64,000 nucleotides of DNA. It comes from an uncultured bacterium. GTDB taxonomy: Bacteria; Omnitrophota; Omnitrophia; Omnitrophales; Aquincolibacteriaceae. The stretch spans positions 33,938 through 97,937 of the forward strand of contig CAYPIR010000005.1 of NCBI GenBank assembly GCA_964410905.1. The letters are read 5' to 3'. The notes under the pieces were generated by a model that did not search any database, had not been told where the DNA came from, and worked only from the letters and a program-made list of their open reading frames with translations. Positions 9,472 to 17,647 of the stretch are shown here, in pieces (within the stretch, counting starts at the first letter, position 1; every line of letters begins with the position of its first letter). The position numbers and the translations under genes are program-made.

Positions 9472-9518
9472 TTTTATTTCCTTTTATATTGTTTTAAATG
9501 AATGAGTGATTTTTGTTC

Positions 9519-10430
9519 TTAAGCGTTGTCTTTTTTCTTAACCGGTTTTTTTGTTTTTACTTTAACTTCCTCGTCAGCGCCTGCCACCGCAAGAATCTTT
9601 GGATCAACTTTCTTCTCAATCACTTCTTCTTCCAAAACAACCTCATCGTCAGAAACCTCTTCAGCGTCCGCAACCGCTGCCGTCGCTTCGGCTTCCTCTT
9701 TTTTATTCGTAGCAATCTTTTTATATTCCTTGCGTCCTTCGGCAACAACCTCGGAAATAACGGAAGCAAAAAGTTTAATCGCCTTAATCGCGTCATCATT
9801 TCCGGGAAGAGGAAAATCGATAATATCAGGATTGGCATTGGTATCCAGAAGCGCTACGACAGGGATACCAAGTTTACGGGCTTCGGCAACCGCAATATTT
9901 TCAAGTTCCGCGTCAATGACAAACACCGCGCCGGGAAGACGTTTCATTTCGCGAATGCCAGAAAGATTCTTTATAAGTTTTTCGCGTTCCTTTTTTAACG
10001 AACCGATTTCTTTTTTGGTAATAAATTGAAAACTGCCGTCTTTTTCCATTTCATCAATAGAATCCAACTTCTTAACGGATTTACGAATGGTTTCAAAATT
10101 GGTGAGCATTCCGCCAAGCCAACGCTGATTAACATAAGGCATTTCGCACGCTTCAGCAGATTCTTTTATTACAAGCTGTGCTTGTTTCTTTGTCCCAACG
10201 AATAAAACTTCCTTGCCTTCGATTGCAATTTGCTTGATAAACTCCAATGCTTTTTCTAAAGCGGCAAGCGTTAATTCAAGATTAATAATATAAATACCGT
10301 TGCGTTCGCCGAAAATATATTTTTTCATTTTCGGATTCCAACGCTGAGTTTGATGACCAAAGTGAACGCCGGCTTCGAGTAACTGTTTAATGGTAACCTG
10401 AGACAAGATTAAATCCTTTCGTGGTAACAC
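9519..10430 (-). CDS. rpsB: 30S ribosomal protein S2 with a ~60-aa acidic/lysine-rich C-terminal extension
   Basis: Begins LSQVTIKQLLEAGVHFGHQTQRWNPKMKKYIFGERNGIYIINL. The tail ...EEVSDDEVVLEEEVIEKKVDP...KKPVKKKDNA lies beyond the conserved S2 core. Confidence 0.95.
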   Translation of the reverse strand: MLPRKDLILSQVTIKQLLEAGVHFGHQTQRWNPKMKKYIFGERNGIYIINLELTLAALEKALEFIKQIAIEGKEVLFVGTKKQAQLVIKESAEACEMPYVNQRWLGGMLTNFETIRKSVKKLDSIDEMEKDGSFQFITKKEIGSLKKEREKLIKNLSGIREMKRLPGAVFVIDAELENIAVAEARKLGIPVVALLDTNANPDIIDFPLPGNDDAIKAIKLFASVISEVVAEGRKEYKKIATNKKEEAEATAAVADAEEVSDDEVVLEEEVIEKKVDPKILAVAGADEEVKVKTKKPVKKKDNA

Positions 10431-10676
10431 AAGAATAAGCGACTAATGTCCAAATGAGCACCGGGAAATTCCGGAGGGTTCAGTATCGTGTCCCTCCCTT
10501 TCCCTTTCGCTCGGAGGGTTCGCCTATCTTCCAACTACTGCAGAACTAATACTGCGGAGAAGCTCTAATGAGGCTCTTTAAAAAGTTGGCGCGACATTAT
10601 ATCTAAAAACTTTGTTGAAACAAGTTTTTTAATGTTTTTTATGCGCTGATAATCGACTCGCCATTATTGTAAAAGT

Positions 10677-10906
10677 CAATAATTTCGTAGACAGACATGA
10701 GTCACAAAGATCGTGGTCATATGCAGCCGGTCGTGAAGCCCTCGCAACCACTGTCGAAGTTCTTTGCGAACCTTAGAATCGAGAGATCCGAAAGGTTCGT
10801 CCAACAACAAAACTTTAGGTTCAATCGCAAGGGCTCGAGCCAAAGCCACGCGCTGTCGTTGGCCACCTGAAAGCTGAGACGGGTACCGCGGCGCGAGACC
10901 ATCCAG
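10677..10906 (-). pseudogene. cysA: Remnant of sulfate/thiosulfate ABC transporter ATP-binding protein CysA: only ~75 codons of the signature/Walker-B region survive
   Basis: The frame reads [74 protein letters not shown] and then VCLRNY*. The Walker A/Q-loop N-terminal ~130 aa and the C-terminal ~150 aa (D-loop, H-loop, TOBE domain) are absent. The upstream end is fused out of frame to the cysW 3' end. Confidence 0.7.
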
Positions 10907-11810
10907 ATGACTTCCTTTTTAGCGCGCCACTCGATCCATTGCTTAAGGACAAGAGTTACAAACGCCAGAAGCATCAGTATCGAGGCAACGGCGAACGCAG
11001 CCGTAAAATTGTATTCGTTATAAAGAATCTCAACATGAAGCGGGATCGTATTCGTTAACCCCCGGATATGCCCCGATACTACCGATACGGCTCCAAACTC
11101 CCCCATCGCTCGAGCATTGCAGAGGATCACACCATAGAGAAGTCCCCATTTGATATTAGGAAGCGTCACTCGCCAAAACGTCTTCCACCCACTCGCACCA
11201 AGCGTCACTGCCGCATACTCTTCCTCATTCCCCTGAGACTGCATGAGTGGAATGAGCTCACGAGCGACAAAAGGAAACGTCACGAAAAGTGTTACTAGAA
11301 TGATCCCTGGTACTGAAAAAATAATTTTGATGTTATGCTCCCCTAGCCAATGTCCCAAGGTGCCCTGCGCACCAAAGAGCAGTACGAATATCAGACCTGA
11401 GATCACGGGCGAAACAGAAAAAGGAAGATCGATTAACGTAATTAAGAATTTCTTCCCCCAAAAATCAAATTTTGTAATCGCCAAGAAGCCGCTAGCCCGA
11501 ATAAGAGATTCAGCGGAACACTTGCGATGGCCACGATCAGCGTCAATCGAATCGCCGAAAGAGCGACCGGATTGGAAAGCGAATGAAGATAAAAGGCAAA
11601 GCCTTTTTTCAGCGCTTGCGTAAGCACCATGGCGATCGGCAGCACAAGAAAGAAGGCAAGAAAAACAAGCGCGGCCGTGATAAGTAAAACACGGATCCAT
11701 CGAGGTTCCGATAAAAATGGGCGCTCGACTACTTTGCCGTCGTCTTCTAATTTTTTACTTACAATGCCAGCCATATTTTCCTCTAAAGGCTTTCGCTTTG
11801 CCGACCCCAA
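10907..11810 (-). pseudogene. cysW: Sulfate ABC transporter permease CysW, disrupted by a -1 frameshift near 11481 and loss of its stop codon (3' deletion into cysA)
   Basis: The N-terminal ORF (11442..11810) reads ...LLFGLAASW, then a wrong frame. CysW continues in another frame (within ORF 10717..11700) as [26 protein letters not shown]...[14 protein letters not shown]...[12 protein letters not shown]. The junction falls in a GG run at + 11481-11482. Confidence 0.7.
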
Positions 11811-12607
11811 GACTGCAGGATATTCAGGGTCAAAAGCATAATAAAAGACACGATTAGCATCACGCCTGCAATCGCAGTCGCACCCGCATAATCGTATTGT
11901 TCAAGTTTGGTCATAATGAGCAACGGTGCGATTTCAGTTTTCATTGGCATATTCCCCGCGATAAAAACAATCGAACCATATTCCCCGAGTGCCCGCGAGA
12001 AGGCCATCGCCGCGCCCGTGAGCAGTGCCGGACTAATCGTCGGCATAATGATCTTTAAAAAAATCTGCCAACGGTTCGCGCCAAGGCTTGACGCCGCTTC
12101 CTCGACTTCATTTTCGATGTTTTGAAGCAGCGGTTCCACCGTCCTCACCACGAATGGCAAACCGATAAAAATCAACGCAATCGTGATCCCAAACGGTGAA
12201 AAAGAACTTTTGATGCCTATCGCATATAGTTGCTTTCCCACCCATCCATTTTGCGAATAAAGCGCGGTGAGTGCGATACCAGCCACCGCAGTCGGTAACG
12301 CGAACAAAAAATCCACAAAAGCATCCACCAGCTTTTTCCCGTGAAATTCATAACGCACTAGAACCCACGCCACCAAAAGACCAAAAAAAGCATTGATCAA
12401 AGCACTAACGAACGATGTAGTGAAACTCAACCGCAAAGCCGCAAGAGTCCGAGGTGCAGCAATGGCCTGCAAAAAATGCCCCCAGCCAAGTCCAAGCGCT
12501 TTTAAAAAGAGCGTGGACAGAGGGATAAGGACGATTACGCTCAAATAAAAAAGCGTAAACCCCATGGAGATCCCAAACTCCGGTAACGCGCTGTAACTTT
12601 TAAGTTT
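11783..12607 (-). CDS. cysT: Sulfate ABC transporter permease CysT (CysU); apparently intact
   Basis: ...LPEFGISMGFTLFYLSVIVLIPLS...DFLFALPTAVAGIALTALYS...EAASSLGANRWQ... aligns to CysT across its length. The start is probably TTG at 12607, 4 nt after GGAGGG. No ATG lies between sbp and the conserved N-terminus, so the start is uncertain. Confidence 0.7.
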   Translation of the reverse strand, partial: KLKSYSALPEFGISMGFTLFYLSVIVLIPLSTLFLKALGLGWGHFLQAIAAPRTLAALRLSFTTSFVSALINAFFGLLVAWVLVRYEFHGKKLVDAFVDFLFALPTAVAGIALTALYSQNGWVGKQLYAIGIKSSFSPFGITIALIFIGLPFVVRTVEPLLQNIENEVEEAASSLGANRWQIFLKIIMPTISPALLTGAAMAFSRALGEYGSIVFIAGNMPMKTEIAPLLIMTKLEQYDYAGATAIAGVMLIVSFIMLLTLNILQSWGRQSESL

Positions 12608-12669
12608 CAAATTCCCTCCGTCAAAACAAGGGACGGTTTTCTTTGTGAGAGCCGTCCTCGTTGATTTAA

Positions 12670-13687
12670 TTAACTTGCTTCGTAAATCTGATCGAAAATC
12701 CCCGCATCGGCAAAATGTTTCTTTTGCGCCTTGTCCCATCCTTCGAAATCGGCAATCGTGACCAGCTCGATCTTTGGAAATTGAGTCTGATACTTCGCCG
12801 CGATGGCCTGCGACCGCGGCCGGTAATAATTCTGCGCAATGATCTCCTGGTCTTCTTCTGTGTACAAGAATTCCAGATAGGTCTTTGCACCCTCTTCAGT
12901 TCCGTGCTTGGCAACGATCTTATCAACGACTGTCACTGGCGGTTCGACCAAAATACTGAGCGACAGAAAAATGATCTCGAATTGATCCTCCCCGAGTTCA
13001 TTGATTACTAGGAATGCTTCATTCTCCCAAGCGAGCAAGACATCTCCGATCCCCCGTTCAACGAACGTCGTCGTGGAACCGCGCGCGCCCGTATCCAGCA
13101 CAACTACGTTTTTAAAGAGCTGCTTGATGAATTCCTTCGCCTTCGTTTCATCGTTCGCATTCTTTTTCAAAGCATACGCCCAAGCCGCGAGATAGTTCCA
13201 GCGCGCGCCGCCAGAAGTCTTAGGATTCGGCGTCACGATCTCGATACCCGGCTTGATCAGATCGTCTCAATCCTTAATTCCTTTCGGGTTTCCCTTTTTC
13301 ACAAGGAACACGATCGTGGAAGTGTATGGCGAGCTGTTGTTGGGAAGTTTTGTTTGCCAGTCTTTGAGATCAATCCCGCTTTTTGATAGAGCTGGTCTAC
13401 GTCATAAGCGAGCGCAATCGTTGCATGTCCGCGTCAAGCCCGTCAATGATCGCGCGGGCCTGCTTGCCAGACCCTCCGTAGGACTGCTGGATCGTGACGG
13501 TTTCCCCTGTTTTTTCTTTCCATTGCTTCGCGAACACTTCATTAATCTTTTGATACAGTTCACGCGTCGAATCGTACGAAACATTGAGAATCGCTGTGTC
13601 CTTACCTCTCTTCGCTTGGACAGCTGATGGAGGCCAAGAAATAACACTTAAAATTGAAAGAATCACTGCTAATAATCGATTACGCAT
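12670..13687 (-). pseudogene. sbp: Sulfate-binding protein Sbp/CysP, disrupted by a frameshift near 13419-13432 and an in-frame TGA at 13267-13269 where a conserved Trp is expected
   Basis: The N-terminal ORF has a signal peptide and ...[53 protein letters not shown], then a wrong frame. The correct frame resumes as [78 protein letters not shown]... and runs to the C-terminus ...HFADAGIFDQIYEAS. All parts align to E. coli Sbp. Confidence 0.75.
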
Positions 13688-13838
13688 AAAAAATTTTCCT
13701 TACAAACTTTTAAAATACAACTTGAGCGTGGCTGATCCCATCGCTTATCTCTTTAATAGCGTCATTCACACTATTTTTTTGAATTTCTGTTGGGGAACCG
13801 TCATTTTTTCCTTCTGAGAATCTGTCGTTAGGAAACGC

Positions 13839-14273
13839 TCAGATCTGATAAGTAAGTTGCCCTTTGCGAAGCCGCACCATCAATTCCTCCAGCGTGACCT
13901 CAAGTTGTTTGCTCAGGGTACAGCTTATATCAGCCCAGATTCCGGAGAAAAGACGACCGGCTTCTGAATCGTTTTTCTTGGAAGAAGGTTTGGGGAACTC
14001 AAGAATTTGGCTATCAACTGCACGAAACACATCCGCCAAGGTAATCCGGGATGGATGTTTTGCAAGTGCATATCCGCCTGCTACACCACGAACCGTTTCA
14101 ACAACCCCTGCATTTTTTAGGCGCAAAAGCAATTGCACCAAAAACTTCCCAGGAATTTGCTGGGTCCTCGCAATCAGCTCCAAAGGCACTGGTCTGTCAC
14201 TTTCACTGCGCAGAGCTAGTTCCAGAACAGCTTTGACCGCGTATTCAATTTTTGCCGGCAACCTCATAGCCAC
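13839..14273 (-). CDS. Rrf2-family transcriptional regulator, CymR-like
   Basis: Motifs YAVKAVLELALR...LIARTQQIPGKFLVQLLLRLKNAGVVETVRGVAGGYALAK form an Rrf2 wHTH. It has a single Cys, so no Fe-S ligands, like CymR. Confidence 0.85.
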   Translation of the reverse strand: MAMRLPAKIEYAVKAVLELALRSESDRPVPLELIARTQQIPGKFLVQLLLRLKNAGVVETVRGVAGGYALAKHPSRITLADVFRAVDSQILEFPKPSSKKNDSEAGRLFSGIWADISCTLSKQLEVTLEELMVRLRKGQLTYQI

Positions 14274-14313
14274 TCCTTTTTAAAATTTATGTCTAACAAT
14301 TTAAATATAACTA

Positions 14314-14334
14314 ACTTGATTATATTTGTCAAGT
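14314..14334. promoter_or_regulatory. Inverted repeat ACTTGA-N9-TCAAGT in the divergent promoter region between rrf2 and the PLP enzyme gene; candidate operator
   Basis: Read directly: acttgattatatttgtcaagt. The surrounding 160-bp intergenic region is very AT-rich. Confidence 0.3.
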
Positions 14335-14433
14335 GTTAATTCCTATGTTAGAATACTTTTATTGTATATTCGACAAGGAGCACAGTAGCATGCCCCGCTT
14401 ACTCAACTCTCAAAATCAGTCAGAAAGGCTTTT

Positions 14434-15570
14434 ATGGACATCCGAACCAAATCAGTCCTCACGGGGACCGCAAAAGATTCTCAATACAATTCCGTGATTA
14501 CCCCTATTTATCCGACATCGACTTTCCGCTTTGAAGAACTCGGAAAGCACAAGGGATACGATTACACTCGCAGTGGCAATCCGACACGGTCGGCACTGGA
14601 AGAGAACATTGCAGCCCTCGAAGGCGGTATTGGAGCGAGGGCCACTGCCACCGGCATGGCCGCCATCACTGTCGTCATGTTCCTTTTGAAACCCGGCGAT
14701 CATGTAATCACGGGAAATGACATTTACGGCGGCACCTATCGTTTGTTTAAAGATATTTTTTCAAAGCGCGGCATATTATTTTCTTTCATCAACATGATGA
14801 ACCACGCAGAGATTAAAAATTTCATCCGAAAGGAAACCAGGATGATCTGGATCGAAACGCCGTCCAATCCCCTGCTGCATATCGTGGATCTAAAGACAGT
14901 AATGGGAATCGCCAAACGCAACGGTCTTCTTATCGCTTGCGACAACACATTTCTTTCTCCTTATTTTCAGAGACCTCTGGAATTTGGAGCTGATATCGTG
15001 GTTCACTCCACAACCAAATATCTCAACGGGCATAGCGATGTGGTTGGCGGGGCTATCGTCTACAATAACAAAAAAATTGGAGAGCAAATCCAGCTTTTCG
15101 TCAACACTCTTGGAGTGAGTCAGGCCCCGTTCGATTCATGGCTTGTTCTTCGAGGAGTTAAAACCTTGCCGTACCGGATGGAAGCTCATCAGCAAAACGC
15201 TTTCAGAATCGCATCATTCCTCGAAAAACATCCTGCCGTGAAGAAAGTTTATTTTACGGGGCTCAAAAGCCATCCTCAGCAGGCTCTTATCAAGAAACAA
15301 ATGACCGGTTGGGGTGGCATGCTCGCTTTTGAGCTTAATACTAAAAAGGTTTCACTCAAAAATTTTTTCAGAAAGGTAAAACTTTTTCAGGTCGCCGAAT
15401 CGCTCGGTGGCGTAGAGTCTTTGATCGAGCATCCTTGGAGCATGAGCCACGTTTCCATGGGACCGGAAGGTTTGAAACTCTCCGGCATCACAAAGGAAAC
15501 GATTCGCATTTCGATAGGGATTGAATGCTCTGACGACCTGATTGCGGATTTAAAAAAAGCGTTAGGTTAA
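14434..15570 (+). CDS. Cys/Met-metabolism PLP-dependent enzyme (cystathionine gamma-synthase/gamma-lyase/beta-lyase family)
   Basis: 378 aa containing ...YTRSGNPTR..LE..IAALEGG...TKYLNGHSDVVGG... with the PLP-lysine in the TKY motif. Typical of the MetB/MetC/MccB family. Confidence 0.85.
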   Translation: MDIRTKSVLTGTAKDSQYNSVITPIYPTSTFRFEELGKHKGYDYTRSGNPTRSALEENIAALEGGIGARATATGMAAITVVMFLLKPGDHVITGNDIYGGTYRLFKDIFSKRGILFSFINMMNHAEIKNFIRKETRMIWIETPSNPLLHIVDLKTVMGIAKRNGLLIACDNTFLSPYFQRPLEFGADIVVHSTTKYLNGHSDVVGGAIVYNNKKIGEQIQLFVNTLGVSQAPFDSWLVLRGVKTLPYRMEAHQQNAFRIASFLEKHPAVKKVYFTGLKSHPQQALIKKQMTGWGGMLAFELNTKKVSLKNFFRKVKLFQVAESLGGVESLIEHPWSMSHVSMGPEGLKLSGITKETIRISIGIECSDDLIADLKKALG

Positions 15571-15582
15571 TGTTAAACCAAT

Positions 15583-15617
15583 AAAAAAGCCATCTGGAAT
15601 TCCAGACGGCTTTTTTT
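15583..15617. terminator. Bidirectional rho-independent terminator between the convergent PLP-enzyme gene and cysK
   Basis: aaaaaGCCATCTGGaattCCAGACGGCttttttt: a 9-bp stem with one mismatch and a 4-nt loop. An A-tract precedes it and a T-tract follows. Confidence 0.65.
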
Positions 15618-15637
15618 ATTTCTTCTACGATTTTGTT

Positions 15638-16573
15638 TTAATGAGCCAATTCTTGAAAAAGCCAGGTTGAGAAATACCGCTCTCCAGAATCACAAATCAT
15701 TGTCACTATCGTTTTTCCTTTCGATTCCTTACGCTTAGCGATCTCTAAAGCTGCCCAAACATTCGCTCCAGAAGAAATACCTCCCAGAATACCTTCTTGC
15801 TTCGCGAGCTGACGAGCAATATTGCCGGCATCTTCATGCCGAACTTTGATGACCTCATCATAAAGTTTTGTGTTCAATATTCCGGGAACAAAACCAGCTC
15901 CGAGCCCTTGAATTTTATGCGGGCCCGGCTTCCCGCCTGAAAGCACGGGTGAATCTTCCGGTTCCACGGCAACAACCTTCCCGGAAGGTTTTCTTTTTTT
16001 GAGTACTTCACCGACTCCCGTGAGCGTCCCCCCCGTACCGACACCGGCAACAAAAATATCCACGATACCATCTGTATCGTTCCAAATTTCTTCGGCAGTC
16101 GTACGACGATGAATTTCTGGATTCGCGGGATTATTGAACTGTTGCGGCACAAAACTGTTCGGAGTGCTTTTCGCTATCTCCTCAGCCTTTTCAACAGCGC
16201 CTCGCATCCCCTTCGATCCTTCGGTGAGCACAAGTTCGGCGCCAAGGATCTTCAGAAGTTGACGGCGCTCCATACTCATGGTATCAGGCATGGTCAAGAT
16301 CAATCGGTAACCGCGCGCAGCTGCCACAAAAGCCAGGGCAATTCCAGTGTTTCCGCTGGTAGGCTCCACGATCACGCTCCCGTTTTTGAGCTTACCGGCC
16401 TTTTCGGCAGCGTCAATCATTGCGACTCCTATTCTGTCCTTTATGCTCGCAAGCGGATTCGAGGATTCCAGTTTGACCAGGACCGTTGCATCAAGCCCTT
16501 TCGTTAGCCGGTTCAACCGTACAAGCGGTGTATGCCCGATCGTTTTTGTAATATCATTAAATATTTTCGACAT
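15638..16573 (-). CDS. cysK: Cysteine synthase A (O-acetylserine sulfhydrylase)
   Basis: Motifs ...TPLVRLNRL...[12 protein letters not shown] (PLP-Lys), ...[12 protein letters not shown]...[10 protein letters not shown].. The start is taken at the internal ATG 16573 (MSKIF...), which is preceded by AAGGAG. The longer ORF to 16606 has no RBS. Confidence 0.9.
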   Translation of the reverse strand: MSKIFNDITKTIGHTPLVRLNRLTKGLDATVLVKLESSNPLASIKDRIGVAMIDAAEKAGKLKNGSVIVEPTSGNTGIALAFVAAARGYRLILTMPDTMSMERRQLLKILGAELVLTEGSKGMRGAVEKAEEIAKSTPNSFVPQQFNNPANPEIHRRTTAEEIWNDTDGIVDIFVAGVGTGGTLTGVGEVLKKRKPSGKVVAVEPEDSPVLSGGKPGPHKIQGLGAGFVPGILNTKLYDEVIKVRHEDAGNIARQLAKQEGILGGISSGANVWAALEIAKRKESKGKTIVTMICDSGERYFSTWLFQELAH

Positions 16574-16636
16574 GCTTTCTTCTCCTTTATCTTGGTGCTT
16601 CTTCAAAGCCGTGACGGCAAGGATTTATTTATGACA

Positions 16637-17062
16637 TCAAATGGAATAAGTTAAAATTCTTCTTGCACCGGTAGCTCTGCGACACAAATCCTCAAAAGTG
16701 ATCGAATCAACAACGTCAGCAATCGCTTTATCCGCTTTCTGCCAAATTTCCAAAAAAACATTTCCATCTTCTAAAGAAACATTTTCAGCTACCGGAAACA
16801 ACGGCCCTTCCAACTCTTTCAAAACATTACCAAGTCGTATGTCTTTTGGATTTTTTGAAAGTAGATATCCACCCCCTTTTCCTCTTACGCTCTTGACCAG
16901 CTTCATCGACTTCAAACGTATCAAAATTTGAACTAAGTATTGGGTTGGGATTCTTTGTTTGCTTGCAATATCCTGGATCTGCAACAGCTTTTTGTTCGGC
17001 CACTGAAGAGCCAGTTCCAATAAGGCATTTAACCCATAATTGCATTTTGCAGATATTCGCAT
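16637..17062 (-). CDS. Rrf2-family transcriptional regulator, CymR-like, immediately upstream of cysK
   Basis: MRISAKCNYGLNALLELAL...IASKQRIPTQYLVQILIRLKSMKLVKSVRGKGGGYLLSK. An AGGAAG RBS is present. It has a single Cys. The gap to cysK is 63 nt, so the two probably form an operon. Confidence 0.85.
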   Translation of the reverse strand: MRISAKCNYGLNALLELALQWPNKKLLQIQDIASKQRIPTQYLVQILIRLKSMKLVKSVRGKGGGYLLSKNPKDIRLGNVLKELEGPLFPVAENVSLEDGNVFLEIWQKADKAIADVVDSITFEDLCRRATGARRILTYSI

Positions 17063-17099
17063 GGCTTCCTTACTTTATCATGTTTACCAACTTAGTAAT

Positions 17100-17127
17100 G
17101 TTATATCGCTTTTATCTTTTTGTCAAT
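17100..17127 (-). promoter_or_regulatory. Candidate sigma70 promoter of the rrf2-cysK operon
   Basis: The minus strand reads TTGACA (17127-17122), a 16-nt spacer, then TATAAC (17105-17100), about 40 nt upstream of the ATG. Identified by eye. Confidence 0.35.
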
Positions 17128-17647
17128 ATCACGAGATTTTAGACTTGGGAATGGCACCATAGATCGTTACTCTCTGTGCGAGAGTGAGGTTTAAAAGATT
17201 TTGTGTATTAACCCCAAGGTATGGGGACAGATTTATCAGAGCTTTGTTTCCTTTCAGCGGTTGTTCAAACTATCAACGACACAGAAAAAACCGATCTTCC
17301 AGTTTGACATGGCGGGGCAAAGACCTTATGGATATTCCCGAGTAGTTCCTCCAGGCCAAGTCCCGCAGCCTTCCCAAGCCTCAGTACACTTATCGTGAGG
17401 TGCCCGGCGGCGTCATCTTCCTCGCTTTCACCAATCAACACTCACTCACACATGCCCAGCTCTTTTTTACCCTTCACAGACTCAACTCTTACAAAGAACA
17501 CAAAACACCCTCATTCACAACCAAATCGCTAATGTTTAGTATCAACTAAAAGGTGTTTTTATAGAGAGCTTTGAGAAGAGACGAAGAAAATCCGTGTTAA
17601 CGCGAAATTTCGCATCAACAAAAAAACGTCTTTAAAGGACAAAAATG

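Noticed and set aside
9526-10029. 167-aa Ser/Thr-rich plus-strand ORF
   Set aside because: It is antisense to rpsB. The low-complexity translation is a mirror of the acidic/lysine S2 tail.
10717-11700. 327-aa ORF treated as one gene
   Set aside because: It is a chimera: a wrong-frame N-terminus, then the CysW core in frame, then a read-through into the cysA remnant out of frame. It is annotated instead as a frameshifted cysW plus a cysA remnant.
12670-13236. 188-aa ORF starting MTPNPK as an independent gene
   Set aside because: It is the C-terminal two-thirds of Sbp. The apparent Met is an internal Val/Met codon, and it is contiguous with upstream Sbp sequence in two other reading states.
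17201-17398. 65-aa ORF in the long spacer
   Set aside because: It is Pro/Gln-rich and low complexity. It has no RBS, and an ORF of this size is expected by chance in GC-rich sequence.
17130-17645. RNase P RNA, tmRNA or SRP RNA in the long spacer
   Set aside because: I looked on both strands for GGAAAGUCCGG / ACAGAA-CCGGCUUA (RNase P), GGGGCUGA...tag-peptide...UUCGA-CCACCA (tmRNA) and the GGAAGCAG domain IV motif (SRP). None is present convincingly, and the region remains unassigned.
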